DNA from: a virus
Taxonomy: Duplodnaviria > Caudoviricetes
Length of the DNA stretch: 26,492 nucleotides
Strand: one strand, 5' to 3'
Virus record (IMG/VR): IMGVR_UViG_3300023229_000073
Location: 1 to 26,492 of that record
In this document: piece after piece, positions 18,501-25,934 of the stretch
How the letters are laid out: each line of letters begins with the position of its first letter
How positions within the stretch are numbered: the stretch's first letter is position 1
Notes under the pieces: generated by a model
Databases searched by the model: none
What the model was told of the DNA's origin: nothing
Seen by the model: the letters and a program-made list of their open reading frames with translations, nothing else
Program-made: the position numbers and the translations under genes

Positions 18501-18972
18501 ATCCTATAGAGAAGTGATCTATCGTCGCTTCGGTGATGTCTCTCGCTTTTGTATAGCTCATCGCTGCGGTACTGCTCGGTAGCCCTTTGCTGTATCTACG
18601 CTGAGCGGCTATAAGGTGTAACTCTGCTTGCTTGCGGACTGTTTTTTCATCATCTGTGAGTGCTTTTTTATTGGTGTCTTTGTCGTGCTCTACGGCTATA
18701 GTGTGTGTACTGGCTATCCTCTCCAGGGCTTCCGGATAGCTCATTTTATGGTACGCCATGACAAAGCTTACGCCGCTGGCTCCACCCTCTCCACAGCCAA
18801 AGCACTTGTAGATCTGCTTGCGTATATTCACTGAGAAGCTCGGTGATTTCTCCTCGTGAAAAGGGCAACAGGCTTGGTAGTCTGCTCCTTTTTCTTTGAG
18901 TTCAATCTCGCGGCCTATTACCTCTTCTATAGGTAGGTCGTGTATTTCGGATATGGTCTTATTAGATATCAA
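15586..18972 (-). CDS. DnaG-type primase fused to a C-terminal P-loop helicase
   Basis: CHC2 zinc finger (CPFHEEKSPSF...CFGC), KYINSPQT, Toprim EGYMD and YDGDSAG, then Walker A GATNMGKS and Walker B-like IVLNE. TTG start. Confidence 0.92.
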   Translation of the reverse strand: MISNKTISEIHDLPIEEVIGREIELKEKGADYQACCPFHEEKSPSFSVNIRKQIYKCFGCGEGGASGVSFVMAYHKMSYPEALERIASTHTIAVEHDKDTNKKALTDDEKTVRKQAELHLIAAQRRYSKGLPSSTAAMSYTKARDITEATIDHFSIGYAESGNVLQKELIKIGQLKAGVLSGILSEKEQADKSITTYDTFQDRLTFPIHNERGMLIGFGGRVIAESKYAKYINSPQTWLYDKSKVLYNLNRAIVPIRKMNGSVYLMEGYMDVVGIHPAGIPNAVAGCGTAFTMKQAKLLHRFCTETVIWYDGDSAGRAATAKAAEILLEVGQKVKVINVLGYDPDEFVKEKKKRPAPQHFLDWIYAQIHAPLTDYTLPNTIANAALFDLFKKADKEVTLHELEKELIFRSSQPIGALIPEGIKYTIDQQDADEDELEAQRQDFLNYLKRYPETIQDRWITKLSKANVWGIAKNTLLKALKSVYVIELKEQKDVLLDSDITSLPPDCDIDFYLRHRFAPKKDNTGYYFSNGKGYDTCGNCVIKPLFHVYGQDDNKRYIQICKGKSAVNILVDSVGVSSQSYMEQALIKEGPYFIMDFTKTYFIRLVQYLLEKFPKCYELKQLGYQSEGFLAFSNYVYNGQLTKYNDLGIFTHNKHNYLSPVVVEELKDQRDGDSALDKDKYFTYTESPVTISDYFKAYQDVFKEDAAYGIAYKIITLFRDICMRKANIPFLYVYGATNMGKSVFTDHILHFFFSGTDQHGKRMTQINLDNVSDFALAASIQRFQNCPIVLNELDEKSLDDKRMQAIKGTYDGIGRQKGTKEGNIITQTPTCTLVLAGQFLFTKDDNSLVNRSVIRSFPARIFTIEDRERLEHLDSYLDQGVSSLLCDMYKHRDYFKEKYDSTFIAIYKRLKDDFSKRNKKIVSRLVDNYSHIYASLQVMGKHIALPFSMDAFFDQMVEDIIEHNGIIKSSDGVQQFWDFVCFMLSSKIISRDKEIKIESCTSVEILGKENTTERKYFETPKEVIYINVKLLHIAYVQNSKGASMNSSSLKKYLSEMESFIGPCKKTTFSKGPSTSAYMFVASELPDVTDQLLASESYKQEIDKKAAEKAKEIQAAAEEEEFMNTEKKPF

Positions 18973-19011
18973 TTGGTAGTTTTAGTTTTTGTGAAAATTA
19001 ATTTCTGACAG

Positions 19012-19359
19012 CTATAAATCTGAACTGATTTTCCCGTTTATTTTTTTAAGAATATTCACCAGGGCAGCGTGGTGTTTTGAAGGAAAGGTTGAACGTTCTA
19101 TAGCAGAGATCACGGCAGCTCTCATAGTCTTCAGATCGTCTAAAGTGAATACCGTCACTTTCTTATTAAAGAATCTGCGTACGAAATATCCTCTGATTAT
19201 TGATATCACGGTGAAGAACACAGTGATGCCTATATTTTTAGAGTGGGTACTCTCTATCCCAAAGAATGGAAAAATAAAGTACAGTGCTGAGAGACTAATA
19301 GCGAAGCCTATTGCAGTGCTGGCTAGTATCTCTAGGATGGAGTGTTTACGTTTTTGCAT
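19012..19359 (-). CDS. Small phage membrane protein (2 TM)
   Basis: HSILEILASTAIGFAISL...FFTVISIIRGYFVRRFF is a pattern common in phage proteins. Confidence 0.7.
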   Translation of the reverse strand: MQKRKHSILEILASTAIGFAISLSALYFIFPFFGIESTHSKNIGITVFFTVISIIRGYFVRRFFNKKVTVFTLDDLKTMRAAVISAIERSTFPSKHHAALVNILKKINGKISSDL

Positions 19360-19372
19360 ATTATTAACCTTT

Positions 19373-19510
19373 TTATAAATCGTTAGCTCTAATTAATTGT
19401 GCACTAAAGATCTCCAGTAGTATCTCAATGGTCTTCTTACGGAATTCTTTGCTTTCTGTGGAAGATGCGGAGAATGCCGCTTGCTGTGGACGATCAGATG
19501 GAGCTCTCAT
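19373..19510 (-). CDS. Small ORF, 45 aa (below track cutoff)
   Basis: MRAPSDRPQQ...RANDL*. ATGA overlap with the upstream stop, and it fills the gap. Confidence 0.45.
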   Translation of the reverse strand: MRAPSDRPQQAAFSASSTESKEFRKKTIEILLEIFSAQLIRANDL

Positions 19511-20205
19511 TTCTTGTTTCTTTCTGTGCGTTGGATGTCAAAAGACTGAGCATACATGTCATAGAGATCTAGATCTCCTGTCTTTGTGAGTACACGGTAT
19601 TTTACTACCCATACCCAGGGGTTAGCCTGGCTTGATTCTTTGCCGTTGATTGATCTCCAGAGTGAGTAGAAGCTATCTCTAGCAAGGGGAAAGAATGGCA
19701 AGACCGCTTCATAATCGTGAAATCCCTGGGCGTTAGTCATAACCCCTTCAGCTATAGCTCCATCATCTGTTATATCTTCTAGTCTCTCTAGAGATACAGA
19801 CTCTATAATAAGCCAGATGCGAGCTGCTGATTTTGGCATATGGATGGATGGTTTCCATTTAGGTTCACTCACAAGGTCCGCAGCATATTTATTCCAATCT
19901 GCTTTGTAGCCGTGAGTCTTATCATCGAAGTATTCAGGGCAATAACTTTCTCTTACCCAAAGTGCGTCACCTGGTTGGCCGTATGGGTTTTTGATGAAGC
20001 GAACTTTCTCTTCATTTAGGAAAATAGCTTCATTGCCCTCATCTGCTCCCCAGCAGATACTGCCGTCTTCTTTGCAAGTAAGATTCCAGTCATCAGGATT
20101 CTCATTTATTTCTTTGAGATTAGTAGTTCTACGCGTCTCTGTTTTTCGATCAGATTGTATGGCTTGCACCATTGAGCTACTGAATAATATTGGTCTTTCT
20201 TTCAT
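19507..20205 (-). CDS. Conserved ASCH/PUA-related phage protein
   Basis: MKERPILFS..MVQAI..RKTETRR, PYGQPGDALWVRE, WKPSIHMP and NPWVWVV signature blocks. Confidence 0.75.
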   Translation of the reverse strand: MKERPILFSSSMVQAIQSDRKTETRRTTNLKEINENPDDWNLTCKEDGSICWGADEGNEAIFLNEEKVRFIKNPYGQPGDALWVRESYCPEYFDDKTHGYKADWNKYAADLVSEPKWKPSIHMPKSAARIWLIIESVSLERLEDITDDGAIAEGVMTNAQGFHDYEAVLPFFPLARDSFYSLWRSINGKESSQANPWVWVVKYRVLTKTGDLDLYDMYAQSFDIQRTERNKK

Positions 20206-20209
20206 AGTA

Positions 20210-20401
20210 TTATTTCTTAAAAAATTTACGTGTTGGTCTGCCTAACGAGTTCAGCATTTCTTGATTTTGGCGGTAGAGGTCTATCGCATACAGTGCTGTG
20301 ATAGTTACTCCGGAGGCAAAGCCTATTAAGAGTGTGATGACAGCTACTAAGGGCTGCTCTACGAGGTAAATGATGGTTTCTTTCATAATATCAATATTCA
20401 A
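20210..20401 (-). CDS. Small single-TM protein
   Basis: 63 aa with a hydrophobic central helix, tightly packed in the operon. Confidence 0.6.
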   Translation of the reverse strand: MNIDIMKETIIYLVEQPLVAVITLLIGFASGVTITALYAIDLYRQNQEMLNSLGRPTRKFFKK

Positions 20402-20614
20402 TTAGGTTGAACTCACTAATTTTTTACGTAGTTGTAACTCTAGGGATGCATTCGTAGCCCGTAGATTAGCATTCATTTTATTTATAGCTATGTGCTGCTC
20501 CATAAGCTGCTCTAGTGTCATAGGCTGTAAGTGAGCGTGTACGATGTGCAGTCCACGCTCTGGACTCAGCAGGTAACACTTATCTCTTGTATTTCTGTAG
20601 ATAAACTGAATCAT
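20402..20614 (-). CDS. Hypothetical protein
   Basis: 70 aa, abutting or overlapping both neighbours. Confidence 0.6.
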   Translation of the reverse strand: MIQFIYRNTRDKCYLLSPERGLHIVHAHLQPMTLEQLMEQHIAINKMNANLRATNASLELQLRKKLVSST

Positions 20615-20844
20615 AGTATTCTATAGTTTCTAGAATTAGTGATAGAAAATAGTAGGTCTTTATTTACGCAGATCCGTTCTGCTCGAGTCCTATCTAGATC
20701 CTTTACCACTTTGCGATGCATCACAGGAACAAGATGTAGTTTTTGGGAGAACCTAACGAAGCATTTTCCGCAGGTAGTTCTGAAAGTTGGCTGTCGATGG
20801 TGGCAGCTATTGCACTCGAGAGTGGTTTGGTTTGATGTACTCAT
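20611..20844 (-). CDS. Small zinc-ribbon-like protein
   Basis: CNSC...CGKC pair. Confidence 0.6.
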   Translation of the reverse strand: MSTSNQTTLECNSCHHRQPTFRTTCGKCFVRFSQKLHLVPVMHRKVVKDLDRTRAERICVNKDLLFSITNSRNYRIL

Positions 20845-20861
20845 TTTCTTTTTTTTTGGTT

Positions 20862-20895
20862 AAAAAAGCCGCTGGCGATCTAGCCTCCAGCGGCT
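20862..20895 (-). terminator. Rho-independent terminator inside the early operon
   Basis: Minus strand AGCCGCTGG-N11-CCAGCGGCT followed by a T run. Confidence 0.75.
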
Positions 20896-20950
20896 GAATT
20901 AAATATAACTACTAAATCAAAATCACGCTATGTAAGCGATATCTTCATTG

Positions 20951-21061
20951 TGGTAAGAGGAGGATTCGAACCTCCGCTATACAGGCGTATCAGTTAGAGA
21001 GCCTACTTCCGGCTTCGTTCTGTAAGTCCCGGCACTATTGATTACTTTAGTGCCTCTTACC
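20951..21061 (-). ncRNA. tRNA-like RNA (~111 nt) with intact acceptor and T arms but no canonical anticodon arm
   Basis: GGTAAGA/TCTTACC acceptor plus discriminator A, GGAGG-TTCGAAT-CCTCC T arm, and GGCACTA/TAGTGCC in the D-arm position. Confidence 0.7.
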
Positions 21062-21067
21062 ATGTCT

Positions 21068-21475
21068 TTATGTGAGCTCCTTGCAGAGCTCTAGTATAGT
21101 GTTGATTTTCTCGTGACTAGCGTTATGATTTTTAGGCAGAGCGTCTCGCAGGGTAGCTTCTCTGCGGATCATCCACTCCATAAAGTCTTGCCACTTCATA
21201 TTACTTTGAGCTATATGATGATGGAGATTCTTCATAGTCTGATACCTTGGATCACCGGTAGCATTCATGGTTTCGTAAGCTTTCATTCTGCTTTTCAGGA
21301 ATCGAGAGATATAGAGCTTCATTCTTGCAGCACGTATCACATTCAGCTTATGCTCTAGTCCAGATTTAAGCACCACTAAAGTATCATCATAGCTATCGAT
21401 AAGACTCTTTACTTTTACGTGGATCTTGTCGGTGCCGTCTACTACTGTTTCTATTTTTAGGATGGAGTGGTTCAT
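21068..21475 (-). CDS. Hypothetical early protein
   Basis: 135 aa, ATGA overlap with the upstream HTH gene. Confidence 0.7.
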   Translation of the reverse strand: MNHSILKIETVVDGTDKIHVKVKSLIDSYDDTLVVLKSGLEHKLNVIRAARMKLYISRFLKSRMKAYETMNATGDPRYQTMKNLHHHIAQSNMKWQDFMEWMIRREATLRDALPKNHNASHEKINTILELCKELT

Positions 21476-21762
21476 AGTTGCTCTCCTCTAAATTCTGACA
21501 GCCCGTTATCCTCACCTTCTAGGTACTTTTCTATATCCTTAGCACAGTAGAGCACGTGGCTCTGCTTTGCCTTTCCCTTTTTGAAACGGATAGTCCCATT
21601 TTCTCTTAGCTTAATAAGGTGGTACTTGCTCATTCCCAGCTTTTTTACCGCAGCAGTTCTTGAGATGAAAGCTTCTTCACTCTTCAGGCCTAGCTTGCTT
21701 AGTACGGTAGCTGTTGTTCTTTCGATAATAGCTTCTTCTCGCTTTGTTAGTGTTTGTGGCAT
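21472..21762 (-). CDS. Excisionase/Cro-like HTH protein (likely start MPQTLT at 21762)
   Basis: FISRTAAVKKLGMSKYHLIKLRENGTI...VLYCAKDIEKYL is MerR/HTH_17-like. First gene divergent from the repressor. Confidence 0.75.
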   Translation of the reverse strand: MPQTLTKREEAIIERTTATVLSKLGLKSEEAFISRTAAVKKLGMSKYHLIKLRENGTIRFKKGKAKQSHVLYCAKDIEKYLEGEDNGLSEFRGEQL

Positions 21763-21783
21763 TACTTTTGTCTTTATCTTAGG

Positions 21784-21870
21784 CAAAGAAAGCAAAAACA
21801 ATCATTAAGAAACAATTTGAAACACATTTATTTTACAAAAAGAATCAAAAAGAAACATTAAATCAAAGAA
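21784..21870. promoter_or_regulatory. Lysis/lysogeny switch region with GAAACA operator repeats
   Basis: Lies between divergent HTH genes. GAAACA at 21809, 21819 and 21852, and an 18-bp identity to 8662-8679. Confidence 0.7.
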
Positions 21871-21871
21871 G

Positions 21872-22489
21872 ATGAAAGGATTAGACGTCAAAAGAATTAT
21901 GATAAATTATAATTTATCCCTTACAGAATTAGCCACGAAGATTAATAAGAGCCCTCAGCAAGTGGGGAGGTGGGTCAATAATCCAGAGACTAATGTATCT
22001 CATTCCGTGAGGAAACAATTCCAGACTGTTTACCCTGAATATTTTAAATACGAATCCCAAACTACAGATATAGCAATTGTCCGAGAAGAGCCAGGAGCAT
22101 TTAATCAAGCAAAATATATTGACGTTATTGAAGTTACTAATAGCAAAGATATTATGAATAAAAATCTAAAACCTGTAGGGAAAGTTGACGTGTCAGACTT
22201 TCTCGATTCCGAAAGGGGTATAATCATGCAAGGAGATGCCTTGAGTGGAGTAATAAATGGAGGAGACATCGCAGGAACCAAGGTGTGGACCCGTAGAGAC
22301 TTCTTCCTATGGGGGAGCATGTACGTGATAGTAAGTGACGGACATGTCATTTTTCGTATAGTGAAGCCAAGTGAAGATAAAGACTCAATCACCCTGATAT
22401 CAACTAAAGACACCTATGATCCCATCACCTTGCCCAAGTCGGCTATAGATGAGATGTATATCATTAATGGTGGGATAGTGAAGTACTAA
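21872..22489 (+). CDS. CI-like repressor (XRE HTH + degenerate S24 domain)
   Basis: LSLTELATKINKSPQQVGRWVN HTH. C-terminal GDAL...GGDI...LISTKDTYDPI follows the S24 pattern. Confidence 0.85.
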   Translation: MKGLDVKRIMINYNLSLTELATKINKSPQQVGRWVNNPETNVSHSVRKQFQTVYPEYFKYESQTTDIAIVREEPGAFNQAKYIDVIEVTNSKDIMNKNLKPVGKVDVSDFLDSERGIIMQGDALSGVINGGDIAGTKVWTRRDFFLWGSMYVIVSDGHVIFRIVKPSEDKDSITLISTKDTYDPITLPKSAIDEMYIINGGIVKY

Positions 22490-23615
22490 TCACGTCTTTC
22501 AGTGCATCATCTATCATCTCCTGACTGTACATTATATAGATATCCGTCACGTTTTTTTGTCTATGGCCCATTAGTACACCTATAAGCTCACGGTCATATC
22601 TCATATTTCTTGCTATTGTGGCGAAGGTGTGTCTAGCCACCTTACTTGTGAGCTTTTCACTCATCCCAGCCATAATAGAAAGCTTATTCATCATCAGATT
22701 CATTTCCTTTAGTAGATCTCTATACTGATTTACCGAGGTATATTCTATTCCGGATATTAAACGATCTTTATGCGGGTACTTCTCCATGATAGCCGCAGCT
22801 TGAGGAGTTACGTAGATTTTGACTTCGTCACCTCTCCCCCTGCTTTTCTTCCTTCGGAAATAGATATAGTCACCACTAGGTTTCTTCATCTGAGCAAGGT
22901 CTAGTACATCCACACCACCCAGACAATAGAGTAGCATCCATACATCTCTGTAATATGCCATCTTAGAGTCCAGCATTTTGAGCTCATAGATTCTAAGAAG
23001 GTTATCTTTAGATATAGATCGCTTAGCAGTACTGGCAGGACGAGGTACAGATCCTGAAGGGAATGGATTTTTCTTCGGCACTATATTCATCTTCTTACAG
23101 ATACGTTTGTAAACGGCACGCAGCCCCCTGGTGTACACGCTTATAGTATTGATACTCTTTCCGGCAGACATCAGCGAGTCCTTAAAGTCACTTATGTTCT
23201 CAGCAGTAAAGTCCTCCATAGCCAGTGTTTCTATATCAAGGATGGTTCTATATCTAGATACAGCAGTCTTCCAGGCCTCAGCATTTCGGGGGCTATTTAG
23301 TTTTTCATTTTCGTATAAGGAGGAGAATGCCTGTTCAAAATCTATCTGAATCTTACCAGACATGTCAGATCTGATCTGTGTAATAGACTTTCCTTCTGCG
23401 TAGTCTATTTTAATATTAAGAAGTCGATAAGTCAGATGCTTGCTTAGCCTTTCATTAATAGGCATCCCAGTATTAGCATCCCATTCTTTCGGGTTCACAT
23501 CAAACCCCGCATAGGTATATATCTGCTTTCTATGTTCAGTGATCCTCAGAAAAATTGGAGCTTTACCGTTTAACTTGATTTTACCCGCGATTAATACAAA
23601 CTTAAATGTAGCCAT
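22464..23615 (-). CDS. int: Tyrosine integrase (Bacteroidota arm-binding type)
   Basis: N-terminal GKAPIFLRIT arm-binding domain, SINTISVYTRGLRAVY, ARHTFAT, LMGH and TDIY. Adjacent to the tRNA-derived att core. Confidence 0.93.
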   Translation of the reverse strand: MATFKFVLIAGKIKLNGKAPIFLRITEHRKQIYTYAGFDVNPKEWDANTGMPINERLSKHLTYRLLNIKIDYAEGKSITQIRSDMSGKIQIDFEQAFSSLYENEKLNSPRNAEAWKTAVSRYRTILDIETLAMEDFTAENISDFKDSLMSAGKSINTISVYTRGLRAVYKRICKKMNIVPKKNPFPSGSVPRPASTAKRSISKDNLLRIYELKMLDSKMAYYRDVWMLLYCLGGVDVLDLAQMKKPSGDYIYFRRKKSRGRGDEVKIYVTPQAAAIMEKYPHKDRLISGIEYTSVNQYRDLLKEMNLMMNKLSIMAGMSEKLTSKVARHTFATIARNMRYDRELIGVLMGHRQKNVTDIYIMYSQEMIDDALKDVISTSLSHH

Positions 23616-23702
23616 TTTGGTACTACAATGGTACTACTTTTAGTACAAGTTTATACAAAAAGAAGGGAAAACAAGAACAAACGTGAAATAAAATGTGGGC
23701 AT

Positions 23703-23731
23703 AAAAAAAGAGCTAACTTAAGGCTAGCTCT
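23703..23731 (-). terminator. Terminator downstream of the tRNA 3' fragment
   Basis: Minus strand AGAGCTAG...TTAGCTCT followed by a T run. Confidence 0.7.
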
Positions 23732-23741
23732 CATTCTTCAT

Positions 23742-23790
23742 TGGTCGGGGTGGCAGGATTCGAACCTGCGACCTCCTGCTCCCAAAGCAG
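23742..23790 (-). other. att core: 3' half of tRNA-Pro(UGG), not a full tRNA
   Basis: Minus strand CTGC-TTTGGGA-GCAG-GAGGTC-GCAGG-TTCGAAT-CCTGC-CACCCCG-A-CCA. No D arm or 5' acceptor strand upstream. Confidence 0.9.
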
Positions 23791-23873
23791 AAGTTTTTTA
23801 ATTACAAAACACTAAAAGTGTGTATGTTATGCAATGTTTGTTGATTTTAATTCCACAATGGTACTACACTTTC

Positions 23874-24098
23874 TCAGCACAATAACCACATAACTACCGA
23901 ATTCACACGCTCGCCTTTGTATCCATTATCTCGCAGATAGCCATGCAGCATCGCCACCGTCACATTCTCGTCTACTTCTCGTATAATCTCGTATAATTGG
24001 CTCAGAGTCTTTACCTCATTGCTCTCTTCCCAGCTCTTCGCTGGGGGAAAGTGTTCTTGCAGATGCTCTTCCCAGTGTGTATTAATTGTATCGCTCAT
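23874..24098 (-). CDS. Small hypothetical protein (likely start MSDTIN at 24098)
   Basis: 74 aa with a wHTH-like pattern (TLSQLYEII...LHGYLRDNGY). Start codon lies within the repeated motif of the upstream RNA element. Confidence 0.65.
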   Translation of the reverse strand: MSDTINTHWEEHLQEHFPPAKSWEESNEVKTLSQLYEIIREVDENVTVAMLHGYLRDNGYKGERVNSVVMWLLC

Positions 24099-24221
24099 AT
24101 ATGAAAATCCCCCCGCACCCCGGCTACACTTCACAGACTCAAAGAGACGGGAAAGTAGAGATACGAGGGGCAGCTCATATATGAACTCCCCCTTATCTCT
24201 TTAAGTAACCTGAAGTGTAGC
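24093..24221 (-). ncRNA. Structured leader/ncRNA upstream of the 74-aa ORF
   Basis: 11-bp perfect stem GCTACACTTCA/TGAAGTGTAGC enclosing further stems. 13-nt direct repeat at 24093 and 24173. Confidence 0.6.
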
Positions 24222-24230
24222 TCTGCAATA

Positions 24231-25934
24231 CTAACTAATTTTCAGCAGACGAACACGTGTAACTCCATAGCCATTCGCGTCAATACTTGACTCTATAAGC
24301 TCCCATATAAAGTTTGTGCTATGCTTACGCATCAACATACGCTCGTTCCATCCAGCAGCTAGCTGCCAGTCGCCGTGCAGCATGCATATATACCTCTTCG
24401 TATCTGTGAGTCTTTTGTAAAATGGAAAAACAAGTAGCTGTGTCACACTCGAAGGATCTTGTGGCAGTAGACTGTATCTTCCATAAGTCTCAGAGTTTTT
24501 AGGAGCTACATTTGTCATACGTGTATTTGTGCAAGTAGCGTACCCATATTTATAACCAGATCTATCATTTTGCCAGCCTCTAAAAAATAACAATCTAAAC
24601 TCAAATGGATTACTTACCACATCGTCACTTATAGGTATATTCATTCTTGGCACTAGCTGAAGCTCATCATTCATGTACATAGCAGTCGTGTATATCTGAG
24701 GCAGCTGTAGCTCACCCTCACCCTCGCAGTTTTTCAAGGCTTTGTATCCCACAAACACCAGTTCCTCGTCATCATTGATACGGTAATACGCATTTTCGCC
24801 TTCTGCATATATCACATCGCCTATATCTATGTAGACTATGTTTCCGTTTAGCACGTAGACCCTCTGGCTCTTTTGTTCTAGTACTTCTCCTAGAGTAAGT
24901 GTATCTGAACTTATATAGTAAGCAGTCACTCGTGCCTGGTCTATAAATGCTATTGTATGATCTGCCACCATATCGGAGATTCCACTGATAGCACTACTCC
25001 CATAGCTGTCAGACAGTGTGATATCTTGGCACATCCCATTGTAGTCCCCCATTTCTATTTCATAGTCTCTATCTATATAGTCTGTCACATCGCACACCTC
25101 AGCGTTATCTACGGCTGCATCCATCGCATCAAAGTAGGCTATTCTTTTCACAGTATCGAGAGTGCAAGTGATCCCAAACCCTCGAAGCTTATTGAAGAAA
25201 TCCACGGCCGTCTCATTGGGCAAAAGATTCTTATACGGAATATTTACCACAGTCACGCCTCCCATAGCCATCATATAGTTATTCATCACTATCAGCGTGC
25301 AGAGCTCAGTATTCTCAAAGAAGGTCCCACTTAGCGAATAGCCTATCTTAGCACATATTTTTACCAAAGCTGCCGGTAGATAGAGAGCTGCATTGTTAGC
25401 TGTCGTCGCCCCTAAGTAGAAGACTCCATCTTTTACGTAATTTACTGCGGCGTAGTCATACTTTCCCAGATAGTACTCATCGTCATTTTGCCATGTTGGC
25501 CAGCATAAGTCCACCTGTGGCCAGTGATACTGATTCATACCAGAAGGAGCCATATCATCACCCTTGGTATAAGTCAGTGTATCGTTACCCATCAGATCGG
25601 GCAGATTAGTTTGAGGAAGATCTCCCACGCCCATGCTACCTTCTATCTGCACATAGTAGTAGTTTTTATCAGCACGTACTACGCTAAGCTCAGCAGCTAT
25701 TCGCACACTCCCATCCACCTCTACACGTACTTCTAGCGTAGCATTTCGCTCACGCGTATCTATACTATGAAGATGCTTCAGTATTTCTTCGTTCCCTTTT
25801 ATAGGTAGGGTGAATGGCCAGCTAAAAGGCCTATACAGACCATCCTCACTTAATAGGTTATTCCTGTTAGTCGTAGAAATGCTACTGCCTATAGTACTGA
25901 TCTGCCTATTATCTAGCGTAAGGATTCTTAGCAT
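24231..25934 (-). CDS. Probable tail/baseplate structural protein
   Basis: 567 aa. N-terminal FSWPFTLP..GNEEIL is of the type seen in Bacteroidota phage tail proteins. Last large gene before attP. Confidence 0.6.
   Translation of the reverse strand: MLRILTLDNRQISTIGSSISTTNRNNLLSEDGLYRPFSWPFTLPIKGNEEILKHLHSIDTRERNATLEVRVEVDGSVRIAAELSVVRADKNYYYVQIEGSMGVGDLPQTNLPDLMGNDTLTYTKGDDMAPSGMNQYHWPQVDLCWPTWQNDDEYYLGKYDYAAVNYVKDGVFYLGATTANNAALYLPAALVKICAKIGYSLSGTFFENTELCTLIVMNNYMMAMGGVTVVNIPYKNLLPNETAVDFFNKLRGFGITCTLDTVKRIAYFDAMDAAVDNAEVCDVTDYIDRDYEIEMGDYNGMCQDITLSDSYGSSAISGISDMVADHTIAFIDQARVTAYYISSDTLTLGEVLEQKSQRVYVLNGNIVYIDIGDVIYAEGENAYYRINDDEELVFVGYKALKNCEGEGELQLPQIYTTAMYMNDELQLVPRMNIPISDDVVSNPFEFRLLFFRGWQNDRSGYKYGYATCTNTRMTNVAPKNSETYGRYSLLPQDPSSVTQLLVFPFYKRLTDTKRYICMLHGDWQLAAGWNERMLMRKHSTNFIWELIESSIDANGYGVTRVRLLKIS

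Larger units (their letters stand above)
23618..23868. mobile_element. attP region with arm-type repeats on both sides of the core
   Basis: TGGTACTAC at 23618, 23629 and 23859. ACAATGGTACTAC is identical at 23625 and 23855. Confidence 0.8.

Noticed and set aside
20942-20973. tRNA-like element as a second att site (shares AGGATTCGAACCT and trailer TCTTCATTG with 23735-23767)
   Set aside because: The T-loop match is generic, acceptor strands differ and no arm repeats are nearby. The 9-bp trailer match may be chance.
20990-21002. CTCTAA loop in the tRNA-like RNA as an amber suppressor, implying TAG recoding
   Set aside because: No 5-bp anticodon stem flanks it, long genes are intact under code 11, and TAG ends several genes at tight junctions.
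23742-23790. Complete tRNA-Pro gene
   Set aside because: The 5' half is absent. It is the att core.
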